Virus record (IMG/VR): IMGVR_UViG_3300043411_002784
Length of the DNA stretch: 26,713 nucleotides
Source: a virus
Taxonomy: Duplodnaviria > Heunggongvirae > Uroviricota > Caudoviricetes
Reading direction: 5' to 3' (one strand)
This document shows positions 7,798-15,537 of the stretch, piece after piece (the first letter of the stretch is position 1; each line of letters opens with the position of its first letter). A program made the translations under genes and the position numbers. Below the pieces are notes generated by a model. That model ran no database searches, was not told the DNA's origin, and was given only the letters and a program-made list of their open reading frames with translations.

Positions 7798-8133
7798 ATG
7801 CTGAGCACCGTATTCATCGACGCGATTCACGGCACGCTGTTCCTCAAGGGACTCGCGCTGCTGCAAGGCCTGCTGATCTACATCATGCTGGTTCGCTGCT
7901 CGGGCCTCGGCCCCAGTCATTCGACGGCGACGCTCTACCACAACACGGAGCAGCGGCTGATCTATGCGCTGCTCGCCGTCGGCGCGGTCTACGTCCAGCT
8001 GGGCCTGCTCTGGCACTGGTTCGAGAAGGCGCTGGACAACGGCCCGTTGTCGGGGCTGCTGCAGGACGTCTACAAGCTGCTGTTCGACACCTACACCGTT
8101 TGTTGTGCTACGCCTGCCGGCGGGTTTTGTTAG
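7798..8133 (+). CDS. Small integral membrane protein (111 aa)
   Basis: AGGAG Shine-Dalgarno; 2-3 hydrophobic stretches; the stop lies inside the 8112 repeat copy. Confidence 0.8.
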   Translation: MLSTVFIDAIHGTLFLKGLALLQGLLIYIMLVRCSGLGPSHSTATLYHNTEQRLIYALLAVGAVYVQLGLLWHWFEKALDNGPLSGLLQDVYKLLFDTYTVCCATPAGGFC

Positions 8134-8366
8134 CCGGCCCCAAATGTGCGGCGACGAGCGCAAGCGCACTCGTTGCGCACTCGTCAGGCCTGCCAGCGGG
8201 CCTTGTTCGCTGGCCCGAAAGATGATGGCAAATATGCCTGCCGCGCGGCTTTATTGCGCGGCCCGGCACTCGTTTGTCTGCGTGAACTGCGCCTGGCATC
8301 AGGCCTTGTTTGATGTCCCCCGCTCTTTTTTTGCGCTACGCCTGCCGACGGGCTTCGTCGTCGGCC
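8112..8366 (+). repeat. Pseudoknot repeats, 5 copies (8112, 8188, 8236, 8291, 8340)
   Basis: S2 stems differ in sequence yet pair: GCCAGCG/CGCTGGC, GCCGCGC/GCGCGGC, GGCATCA/TGATGTC, GCCGACG/CGTCGGC. Confidence 0.95.
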
Positions 8367-8396
8367 ATTGATCTTAAGGGCAACAAAGGACCGCCT

Positions 8397-8819
8397 ATGA
8401 CATTTAGTGAACTTGACGCCGCCGATCAGCAGCGTCGCCAGCGGGACGAGGACCGCGAAGCCAAAAGCCTGGCCGCCCGGCAGGCGTTCATCGAGCTGCT
8501 GGCCGACCCCGAGGTCCGCAACGGCGTCGACACGGTCGCAAAGGCCCAGGAGCTGATCGATCAGATGGAAGAACAGATCCCTGGCGAGTCGCTGCCGCCT
8601 TGCTACGACTGGGCGGTGGCGAAGCGCAACCACCTGGAGAAGTCCTTGACGCTAGACGATCTCGCCAACGCAAGGCATGAAGCGATGCAGGCCAACGTCG
8701 ACGAGCAGCTGGGCTTCTCGCCCACGCCCGAGGCCCAGACCCGCATGATCCGCCGGCTGATCGAGCTGCTGGCTCGCGCCGAGGTCACCATTGAAATGCT
8801 GCAGAAGTCATGCCGCTGA
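8397..8819 (+). CDS. Hypothetical helical protein (140 aa)
   Basis: ATG at 8397 after AAGGA, in frame with track ORF 8310..8819. Confidence 0.85.
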   Translation: MTFSELDAADQQRRQRDEDREAKSLAARQAFIELLADPEVRNGVDTVAKAQELIDQMEEQIPGESLPPCYDWAVAKRNHLEKSLTLDDLANARHEAMQANVDEQLGFSPTPEAQTRMIRRLIELLARAEVTIEMLQKSCR

Positions 8820-9091
8820 AACGCTACCTGACCAACTGCACCGTCCAGGGCAACGGCTCGGCGATCACGGCGATGATCGACGTTGCTCGCGAGATCACCC
8901 GGAAGACGTTTCTCAAGCACGTCGACCGCGCGTCGCTCGTCGAACTGGAGCGCTCTCTGGGCTACGCGGCCCATCCTCGCCAGGGGCTCACCCTGGCGGG
9001 AGACTATCACGTTCAGTATGCGAAAAGCACGTTTCGCGGCCGCCCCTGCGTCTACCTGACCTGGAGCTGCATCGAGTACGTGTTCGTCTGA
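8810..9091 (+). CDS. Hypothetical protein (93 aa)
   Basis: Overlaps the upstream stop region; globular-looking sequence; TGA directly abuts a repeat. Confidence 0.85.
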   Translation: MPLKRYLTNCTVQGNGSAITAMIDVAREITRKTFLKHVDRASLVELERSLGYAAHPRQGLTLAGDYHVQYAKSTFRGRPCVYLTWSCIEYVFV

Positions 9092-9119
9092 GCCTGCCGG
9101 CGGGCTTGCTTCGCCGGCC
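9092..9119 (+). repeat. Pseudoknot repeat abutting the stop codon
   Basis: TGA-GCC-T-GCCGGCG-GGC-TTGCTT-CGCCGGC-C. Confidence 0.9.
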
Positions 9120-9187
9120 CGCCGATATTTAGCCGCCTGGCGTGTCGCCGGCGGCGCGTGTCACCCTCTCTTAGAAGGAACGTTGTG

Positions 9188-9691
9188 ATGAGAAATCTAT
9201 TGTTGAGCCTTGTCGCCTTGACGCTTGTTGCGGCCGGGCAGTCCCACGCAGCGACCCTGACGCTGACCAACCAGTCGGCCAATTCGACCTTCTTTGCGGT
9301 GGCCCCCGAGCAAGACTACTTTGATTACGACCACCGCTACGCCTCGCTGAACCAGACCGGCGCACCCGCGGTCGACGTGCAGACGAGCACCTTCTGGACC
9401 GACGCCAATCAGTTCTGGCTCTTCGGGGCCGACAACAAGGGCGTCTTGCACACGATCGACCTGAACCCGATGCCGACGCTGGTCAACGTGACGCTGCACC
9501 AGATCGTCAACGGTCAGCAGCGCAGCACCTACCAGTATTTCTTCGGTCAGACGACCAACGGCGTGATCGCCGAGCAATGGCTCCCCGTGGTGACGCGGAC
9601 GTTGGCGCCCGCCGGGGTGCCGGAACCGTCGACGCTGGCCTTGGCCGCTTTGGGCCTCGTGGGCGCAGCGTTCCGTCGTCTGCAGCAGTAA
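9188..9691 (+). CDS. PEP-CTERM sorting domain-containing secreted protein
   Basis: N-terminal signal peptide (MRNLLLSLVALTLVAAGQSHA) and C-terminal VPEPSTLALAALGLVGAAFRR (PEP, transmembrane helix, basic tail). Confidence 0.9.
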   Translation: MRNLLLSLVALTLVAAGQSHAATLTLTNQSANSTFFAVAPEQDYFDYDHRYASLNQTGAPAVDVQTSTFWTDANQFWLFGADNKGVLHTIDLNPMPTLVNVTLHQIVNGQQRSTYQYFFGQTTNGVIAEQWLPVVTRTLAPAGVPEPSTLALAALGLVGAAFRRLQQ

Positions 9692-9706
9692 ACTGAGCGA
9701 GCCCGC

Positions 9707-9736
9707 GCCCGTCGCCGTGATCGCACGGCGGCGGGC
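9707..9736 (+). terminator. 13-bp GC hairpin after the PEP-CTERM gene (no T-tract)
   Basis: GCCCGTCGCCGTG-ATCG-CACGGCGGCGGGC. Confidence 0.5.
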
Positions 9737-9749
9737 AGGTTCGAGCTAA

Positions 9750-10068
9750 GCCTGGCGTTCGGCTTCGTCAGGACGCCCCGGTATCACGGCGCCCAGGCGT
9801 CGCGGTGCGTCGGAACGCCCGTAGCGGTGGAGATTAGACCAAGCCTGTCGTCTGGCTTCGTAGGGTGACTGCGAATGTCACCCGTGAAGGCGACCCGGCG
9901 GATGCGATGAACCTGTTGACGAATTAAGCCTGTCGTCTGGCTTCATAGGCCGACCAACCGGGTCGCCAGTGGAAGACGACCCCAAACATTGCCTGTTCGC
10001 GTCTGTCGACGGACTTCATGCGTCGGCCCTACCCCCATATCTGTGTCCGGCCAGTTCATAGCCGGGCC
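9750..10068 (+). repeat. Pseudoknot repeats, 5 copies (9750, 9843, 9928, 10001, 10041)
   Basis: Includes GTC/GAC (10001) and CTG/CAG (10041) S1 variants. Confidence 0.92.
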
Positions 10069-10103
10069 GTCCGCTTGCTGATGTCAAACCTAAGGACAAA
10101 CTC

Positions 10104-10301
10104 ATGTCATTAGCCCCAGCCAAAATCAAGAAACGACTAGAGTATCTCCGCGGCGAGCTGCGGGCTGAGTGCATCAGCCTGGAGGAGCTCGCGGAGCTGC
10201 AAGATCTCGCTCCGCACATTGACCCAGGCGACGTCGAGCTGCTGGAAGCGGCGGGCGTCCCTGAGTTCCCTGAAGACGATGCGGGCCAGGACGCTTCGTA
10301 G
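10104..10301 (+). CDS. Small hypothetical protein (65 aa)
   Basis: AAGGA Shine-Dalgarno; amphipathic RLEYLRGELRAECIS...LLEAAGVPE. Confidence 0.8.
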   Translation: MSLAPAKIKKRLEYLRGELRAECISLEELAELQDLAPHIDPGDVELLEAAGVPEFPEDDAGQDAS

Positions 10302-10327
10302 CCTGGACCATCTCCGAATGAACCTGT

Positions 10328-10448
10328 GCGTGTCGGGCCGCCTGATAGCCCGGACGAACTGTGCCTCTGTTTCCGCGTGCCAGGCCGCCTCGTCGTCTGG
10401 ACCATCTCGGCACGACTCGAAGCGTGCCCCGTCGCTTCGTGCGGGGCC
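10328..10448 (+). repeat. Pseudoknot repeats, 3 copies (10328, 10375, 10422), all with S1 GCG/CGC
   Basis: e.g. GCG-T-GCCCCGT-CGC-TTCGT-GCGGGGC-C; 47-nt period. Confidence 0.9.
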
Positions 10449-10502
10449 ATCCCAGCCGCCGTTGTTTCCCTTTCACCTCTTTTCACCCTTGGAGAATCTT
10501 GC

Positions 10503-10892
10503 ATGAATCTCAGTCGCGCCGCTCAGTACGCCATCGTGTCGATGGCTCAGCTACGCACGACCGGCGACCCCGTCCCCTGCTCCCATCTGGCCAAGCGGGG
10601 CGACATGCCCGAACGGTTCCTGCTGCAGGTGCTGCGCAGCCTGGTGACCGCCGGCCTCGTGAAATCCCGTCGCGGCGTCGACGGGGGCTACAACCTGGCC
10701 AAACGGCCGAACGAGATCACCCTGGCGATGATCATCGAAGCGATCGACGGTCCGGTCGCCGTCGGATCCTTCGAGGTGCTGCAAGCGTTGCCCTCGGACG
10801 CTCTGTCGCACGTCGCCCGGGCGCTGAAGCACGCCAACAGCGAGTCGCTGCGCCAGCTGTCGCGAGTCACGCTTTCCCAGCTCGCCTGTTAA
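10503..10892 (+). CDS. Rrf2-family winged-helix transcriptional regulator, lacking the Fe-S Cys triad
   Basis: YA...LA...MPERFLLQVLRSLVTAGLVKSRRGVDGGYNLAKRPNEITLAMIIEAIDG matches the Rrf2 signature; GGAGA Shine-Dalgarno. Confidence 0.92.
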   Translation: MNLSRAAQYAIVSMAQLRTTGDPVPCSHLAKRGDMPERFLLQVLRSLVTAGLVKSRRGVDGGYNLAKRPNEITLAMIIEAIDGPVAVGSFEVLQALPSDALSHVARALKHANSESLRQLSRVTLSQLAC

Positions 10893-10902
10893 GCGTTATC
10901 AT

Positions 10903-11071
10903 GCCTGCCGTCGGGCTTCGTGCGACGGCCGTTGGCCGCAGTCGTCTTAAGCCTGCCGAGCGGCTTCGTAGTTCGACCGATAGGTCTAAGCGACCTGTCG
11001 CCCTTCGCAAAAGTCGCGCTCGGACGTGGCTGGATCTGATTACGCCTGCCGTCAGGCTTTGTAGAACGGCC
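10903..11071 (+). repeat. Pseudoknot repeats, 3 copies (10903, 10951, 11044)
   Basis: e.g. GCC-T-GCCGTCG-GGC-TTCGTG-CGACGGC-C. Confidence 0.92.
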
Positions 11072-11100
11072 TTAGCCCCCTCTGGCTGCGGAACTGAACT

Positions 11101-11418
11101 ATGTCACAACCTCTCTGCGATCTCTTCAACGAGACGATGGACAAGCTCCGCGACCTCCAGCGGCAGCACGGACTGCTGAAGCTGGCGTTCGGGCTCGATC
11201 CCGAAGACCGGATCGTGGACATTGGCGAGGACAAACGGAGTCTGCTCGTCGATAATCGAGCAGGCTGGCGTCGCCGCGTGTGGAGCGCGGGCGAGACGGC
11301 CCTGGAGCGCGAGCACGCCTCGTCCCTGTCCGGGGACTTGGTCGCGTCACTGGCGAGTTGCGGCGGGTTGCGCATTACGACGGACAACGTCGCAGCGGAG
11401 GTTGCGACCCAAGATTAG
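11101..11418 (+). CDS. Hypothetical protein (105 aa)
   Basis: ORF fits the + strand tiling between repeat clusters. Confidence 0.75.
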   Translation: MSQPLCDLFNETMDKLRDLQRQHGLLKLAFGLDPEDRIVDIGEDKRSLLVDNRAGWRRRVWSAGETALEREHASSLSGDLVASLASCGGLRITTDNVAAEVATQD

Positions 11419-11429
11419 GAGCGTCGGTC

Positions 11430-11705
11430 ATGGAAGGCCTCGATCCCGTACTGATTGGATTTCTGCTGGGGGCCGTCGTCGGCGGCCTGCTGGGCTGCCT
11501 CGGGGGTTATTGTCTGGGGCTGGGTCGCGTGCGTCGCGAGGCGGTCGAGCGCGGCTTCGGCCGCTTCCAGCTCTACTACGTCGAGGCGGCGTTCGATCAG
11601 CCGGGGACGACCATCGGCCGCTTCGTGTGGCGGGGCGACCCGGAGTGGGGAGACGCCTGCGACTATCAGCCGCCGCACTTGGCGACGATTGACGAAGAAA
11701 CCTAA
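11430..11705 (+). CDS. Single-pass membrane protein (91 aa)
   Basis: AGGAG then ATG at 11430; N-terminal hydrophobic Gly-rich helix. Confidence 0.8.
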   Translation: MEGLDPVLIGFLLGAVVGGLLGCLGGYCLGLGRVRREAVERGFGRFQLYYVEAAFDQPGTTIGRFVWRGDPEWGDACDYQPPHLATIDEET

Positions 11706-11733
11706 GCCTGTCGTCGGGCTTCGTACGACTGCC
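11706..11733 (+). repeat. Pseudoknot repeat abutting the stop codon
   Basis: TAA-GCC-T-GTCGTCG-GGC-TTCGTA-CGACTGC-C. Confidence 0.9.
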
Positions 11734-11787
11734 GCAACACAGTGTTAGGCTACGACGACCTGTCACTTGACTTACTTGGAGAACTAT

Positions 11788-12198
11788 ATGGACCGTAGAA
11801 CCGCTTTGCGTTGCCTAGCCGGAGCTGCGGCGATGCCTTTGGTTGCGCCTGCAATCGCTTCTGCCGTCGTCGTTCCGTCTCCCGACGCCATTTGGCGAGG
11901 CCTGGAGGTTTCGAGCGTCGCCGGTAAGCATTGCGTCGCTCGTTACGACGGGCTCGCCGGCACGATCGTGGCCGGGCTGTGGGACGAGCCGTTGTCGGTT
12001 GAAGACGAAAATCGGTGGCTGGACGATCCTCGTTGGTTCTATACGTCGAAGCCTTACAGCGTGTGGGCGATCGACGTGCCGAAAAATCTGACGTCGCAGG
12101 AGCTGACCGGCTACTACCAGCAGGCGCGGGACGGGTTTCAAGCGTTCCCGAGTCTGCCGTCGAGCTTGCCGCGACGGACCCTTGCGCACGTCCTTTAA
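11788..12198 (+). CDS. Protein with a twin-arginine (Tat)-type signal peptide
   Basis: GGAGA Shine-Dalgarno; MDRRTALRCLAGAAAMPLVAPAIASA. Confidence 0.75.
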   Translation: MDRRTALRCLAGAAAMPLVAPAIASAVVVPSPDAIWRGLEVSSVAGKHCVARYDGLAGTIVAGLWDEPLSVEDENRWLDDPRWFYTSKPYSVWAIDVPKNLTSQELTGYYQQARDGFQAFPSLPSSLPRRTLAHVL

Positions 12199-12326
12199 GC
12201 CTGCCGTCCGGCTTCGTATGACGGCCCATCCGCACAATCTTCTCTACGCCTGCCGTCCGGCTTGATGCGGCGGCCTCGCCAATTTCTGCACGGACCAAAC
12301 CTGCCGTCTGGTTTCCCATGTCGGCC
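12152..12326 (+). repeat. Pseudoknot repeats, 4 copies (12152 degenerate and in-gene, 12199, 12248, 12299)
   Basis: 12199 abuts TAA; 12299 has S1 ACC/GGT. Confidence 0.88.
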
Positions 12327-12370
12327 TGTCGCAAGCATGAGTGCGGCAAAAGATAAGAGGGGAACGCCGG

Positions 12371-12592
12371 ATGAGATTCAACCTGCCGTTCCTGCTCTGG
12401 CTCGCCGCCTTCGTCGCCGTTGCGGCGTTTAGCGGCCAATGTTGGTACGATGCTCGTCCGGACAAAGCGGGCGACGCCAGATATATCTTTGATTCCGTTG
12501 GCTGGGGAGTCACCGTCGCTGCGCAGGCCTGCATCGTGTTCCCGGCGATTCTCGGCAGCCTCTGGCTCGCCTGGCGTCGTCGCAAACCTTAA
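12371..12592 (+). CDS. Small two-helix membrane protein (73 aa)
   Basis: GAGGGG Shine-Dalgarno; two hydrophobic segments and a basic tail. Confidence 0.8.
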   Translation: MRFNLPFLLWLAAFVAVAAFSGQCWYDARPDKAGDARYIFDSVGWGVTVAAQACIVFPAILGSLWLAWRRRKP

Positions 12593-12619
12593 CCTGCCGC
12601 CTGGTTTCGTCGGGCGGCC
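12592..12619 (+). repeat. Pseudoknot repeat overlapping the stop codon (S1 ACC/GGT)
   Basis: ACC-T-GCCGCCT-GGT-TTCGTC-GGGCGGC-C. Confidence 0.9.
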
Positions 12620-12637
12620 AATGTCGTAATTGTCGTC

Positions 12638-13171
12638 ATGAAACACCGCCAACTGCTTGCCACCGTGCTGATCGACGCGCTCGCTCCCGAGGCCGTCGGT
12701 CCCGAGCTGCTCGACGCGACGATCAATCACGCCTGCACGAAGGTGCTCAACGCCCTCTACTCGGAGGAGCTCGATCTCACCGTGAAGATGCCGAAGGGTC
12801 TGACCGTTAAGATCAACGTCGGCTTGGTCACCTTCGGGCGGCCCGTGCTCGTTCACGGCAACGCGACGGGCATGAGCCCCCATCGGCCGATCGTTCACGC
12901 TCACTTCGAGCCTGACGAGTCGACGGATCTGGACATCTACCGCTCGATGCACGAGGCGCTCAGCGCCATGCCCGCGCTCTACCAGGCGAACTGGGAGCGC
13001 GATAACCTGTTGCTGCAAGCCTGCCGCGACGTCGTCGCCGTGCACTCGGGAGACGAGTTCCTGGTGAAGAGCCTCGACCAGCGGCTGCGGCAATCACACC
13101 CGTTCGCCCAGGAGAAGGATCTCGATGAACCGGCTACTAATCTTCCTGCTGTTGGCTGCCCTGACGGCTAG
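12638..13171 (+). CDS. Hypothetical protein (177 aa)
   Basis: ORF track; consistent + strand tiling. Confidence 0.75.
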   Translation: MKHRQLLATVLIDALAPEAVGPELLDATINHACTKVLNALYSEELDLTVKMPKGLTVKINVGLVTFGRPVLVHGNATGMSPHRPIVHAHFEPDESTDLDIYRSMHEALSAMPALYQANWERDNLLLQACRDVVAVHSGDEFLVKSLDQRLRQSHPFAQEKDLDEPATNLPAVGCPDG

Positions 13172-13343
13172 CCTCGTCTGGGCGACGAGCGTCGGCGACG
13201 CCGAGCTGTATTCCCGGACGGCCGCCGTCGTGATCCTGGGTCTGGGCGTCACAGGGGTCACGCTCCTGGTCGCGTCCATTCCCACGTTGTGGCAGCGGGC
13301 CATGCGTCACGACTATCCCGAAGACGAGGAGGCTGATGGCTAA
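13125..13343 (+). CDS. Small two-helix membrane protein (72 aa)
   Basis: GGAGAAGGA Shine-Dalgarno; two hydrophobic helices. Confidence 0.75.
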   Translation: MNRLLIFLLLAALTASLVWATSVGDAELYSRTAAVVILGLGVTGVTLLVASIPTLWQRAMRHDYPEDEEADG

Positions 13344-13578
13344 AAGAAAGCCGCGCATGAAGTTGATCAAGGTCACCGTCGCCCCTGAGGCGCTAGTGGC
13401 GAAGACCAACGAGCTGGCGATCCTGTTTTATCGGATGCGGGGCTACCAAGTCCCGTCCGAGTACAAGATGTACGAGGCGCATCACCCCGACGAGCTGGGC
13501 ATGTGGAAGATGGCCGTCGCGGCCATGGAGCACGTGCTCGACGTCGAGGTGGAAGACGCCCTGTCGGAGATCGAGTGA
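13336..13578 (+). CDS. Hypothetical protein (80 aa)
   Basis: GAGGAGG Shine-Dalgarno; coupled to the upstream stop. Confidence 0.85.
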   Translation: MAKRKPRMKLIKVTVAPEALVAKTNELAILFYRMRGYQVPSEYKMYEAHHPDELGMWKMAVAAMEHVLDVEVEDALSEIE

Positions 13579-13581
13579 GTA

Positions 13582-13601
13582 TTATCGCGCGAAAACAATC
13601 T
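13582..13601. promoter_or_regulatory. Operator/promoter-like TTATCGCGCGAAAACAATCT
   Basis: Resembles 1754 and 7071; shares GAAAACAATCT with 23812. Confidence 0.5.
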
Positions 13602-13617
13602 TCTCCAAGGAGCCCGT

Positions 13618-13917
13618 ATGTTCGACGCGCCGTCGCCGCTTGTTCACGTCGTCATCTTCTGCGCCGCGGCCCTGACGTGCTGGCTCGTTTACAGCACGTT
13701 CAAGGCCCTCGACTGGGTCGTCCGTTATCACGCCGCGACGCCTATCGGCCGGCGGATCATGCTGGCCAACGCCAGTCGCGAGAAGAATGGCTTGCCGCCC
13801 CTCACTGACGAGGAGGAGTCCGACTACATGCACCTGCTGCTTTGCCAGGAGTGGGGCATTCCCGCTCACTACGATCCAGCCGACGACCCTGACGGGGAGA
13901 TCTGGCATGCGGTCTAA
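13618..13917 (+). CDS. Single-pass membrane protein (99 aa)
   Basis: AAGGAG Shine-Dalgarno; N-terminal hydrophobic helix. Confidence 0.8.
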   Translation: MFDAPSPLVHVVIFCAAALTCWLVYSTFKALDWVVRYHAATPIGRRIMLANASREKNGLPPLTDEEESDYMHLLLCQEWGIPAHYDPADDPDGEIWHAV

Positions 13918-14194
13918 CAACCGTTGGGACGGCAAGAAGACCCCCCACGAGGAGCTCGTCAAACGTTTCTACGCCGACGTCGAGTTCGCGTTGCGGGTGA
14001 ACGACGTCGTCGAGCTCATGCACGAGTTCATCGCCGAGGGCGTGCCGCTGAACGACGTCCAAGACATCGTCAACATGGCGCAGCCGCAGTTCCTGCTGGA
14101 AGACGTCATCTATTCGAGGCACCGCACGTCGTGCGGCCATCTGCCGGGCCACTCGCCCGCCTATCATCGCCGGGATCGTCCCAGGTGTCGCTAA
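13907..14194 (+). CDS. Hypothetical protein (95 aa)
   Basis: GGGGAG then ATG at 13907, in frame with track ORF 13787..14194. Confidence 0.75.
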   Translation: MRSNNRWDGKKTPHEELVKRFYADVEFALRVNDVVELMHEFIAEGVPLNDVQDIVNMAQPQFLLEDVIYSRHRTSCGHLPGHSPAYHRRDRPRCR

Positions 14195-14205
14195 CTGGAG
14201 AGCGT

Positions 14206-14688
14206 ATGAGCTTGAACCCAAGCAATCTGATCGCCGCCCGCGAGAACCCCGGGCGGACGATGTTCGCGAATCTCGCCCGCCGCGTTCCTGAGAACGCGAT
14301 TGAAACGGCCGTGGTCCACGACTTTGTCGACGGGGCCGTCCTGGCGGAACTTCGCGACGCCGGTATCAAGGCCACGGGTATGGAGTCCTTGCGTCGTGAT
14401 CGCGAGGTGCCGACCAAGTACCTTGGCGAGCATTGTCGCTGGGGTTTCCGCCGCAACTGGTACTACTGGGTCGCCACCGGCCCCGGCGTTCCCGCGGACA
14501 AGGCGGAGGAGTTTCATCAGGAGTGGGGCACGCAGTGCCGCGTCGAAGGACACTGCGGCTGCCCCGCGCCGCTGGAGTCTAACCGCGGCTTCGCCGTGGG
14601 CCTGTATCACATCGACACGCAGGAAGGCCTGGCGGCGTTCGCCAAGCTCCTGTCGTCGATCTACTTGGGAGAGGAGTCTAAGCCGTGA
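14206..14688 (+). CDS. Hypothetical protein (160 aa)
   Basis: GGAG then ATG at 14206; aromatic-rich WGFRRNWYYWVATGPG. Confidence 0.85.
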   Translation: MSLNPSNLIAARENPGRTMFANLARRVPENAIETAVVHDFVDGAVLAELRDAGIKATGMESLRRDREVPTKYLGEHCRWGFRRNWYYWVATGPGVPADKAEEFHQEWGTQCRVEGHCGCPAPLESNRGFAVGLYHIDTQEGLAAFAKLLSSIYLGEESKP

Positions 14689-15275
14689 ACTGGGACAATC
14701 CCTGGACCTGGCTGTTGGTCGGCTACGGCCTCGGCTCCCTGATCGTCTTCGTCGTCGGCCATTTCGAGAACGGGCGGAACCGCAGCTGCGGCAAGCCTTG
14801 TCACGCCGGCGTCGACATTGTCGGCTACGCCGTCGTCTGGCCGCTCGTACTCGCCAGCTTCCTGCTGGAATTCGCGGGCTGGTGCTGGGGGCTGGGCGCA
14901 TCGAAAGACAAGGGGACGGCTCTGTACGATGCGGCTAGGTTGCGGGCGGCCAAGCTACACCAGGCCAAGCAGCGGCAGGCCAACATGCGACAACAGCGGA
15001 AGCACGAAGCCAGAATGGACGAGCTCGGAGCGGAACTACTATCGCAGTTGCAGGCCGCCGGGACCGATCAATGGCAGGAGCGGCCCCGGCGGCCGCACGC
15101 CGCTCCCGTACGCTGCGCCCGCGCTAGCGAGTCCGAGGAGGGACGGATCGGGGTTACGGACGGCAAGTCGGAGGGGTATTTTTATACGATCGAGCCGCCC
15201 GAGGGCTTCGTGCCGGACGGTCCGGTCGATCGCGTACGACTCGTGCAACCTGGCTGGCTTCCTCACGATGGCTGA
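14685..15275 (+). CDS. Membrane-anchored hypothetical protein (196 aa)
   Basis: GTGA start/stop overlap; two N-terminal hydrophobic segments. Confidence 0.75.
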   Translation: MNWDNPWTWLLVGYGLGSLIVFVVGHFENGRNRSCGKPCHAGVDIVGYAVVWPLVLASFLLEFAGWCWGLGASKDKGTALYDAARLRAAKLHQAKQRQANMRQQRKHEARMDELGAELLSQLQAAGTDQWQERPRRPHAAPVRCARASESEEGRIGVTDGKSEGYFYTIEPPEGFVPDGPVDRVRLVQPGWLPHDG

Positions 15276-15513
15276 AACTCGACCGCGGGCAGGCCATGCT
15301 GCGCCCACGCTGCCCACGCTGCCCACGAATATAGCGACGGTCTTCCGCGAGCAGTGCATCGAGACGCTGCGGGCGGAGAACGTGCAGCTACGCCTCGACA
15401 ACCAACGGCTCGTCGATCGGATCACGGAGCTCAACTCCGAGCTGACGCAGGCCGAATCGCTGCTGCGGCACTACCTGCCCACGGACGACGAGGTCGATCG
15501 TCGGGGCCGCTAA
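15268..15513 (+). CDS. Coiled-coil hypothetical protein (81 aa)
   Basis: ATG overlaps the upstream stop; heptad pattern. Confidence 0.7.
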   Translation: MAETRPRAGHAAPTLPTLPTNIATVFREQCIETLRAENVQLRLDNQRLVDRITELNSELTQAESLLRHYLPTDDEVDRRGR

Positions 15514-15537
15514 CCAACCTCCAACAGGAGTTCGCCC

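Noticed and set aside
7224-8225. 333-aa + strand ORF running through the array
   Set aside because: No Shine-Dalgarno, shadow-like composition, repeats fall in mixed phases, and it overlaps the better-supported 7798..8133 gene
6301-12619. REP/BIME elements or integron attC sites
   Set aside because: No inverted REP pairs and no conserved GTAG at the hairpin foot; no RYYYAAC/GTTRRRY ends; no RAYT or integrase gene in the window
6301-12619. Repeats as ordinary Rho-independent terminators
   Set aside because: No T-tract follows them, many occur in tandem or inside a CDS, and the leader-loop covariation is not explained by a terminator
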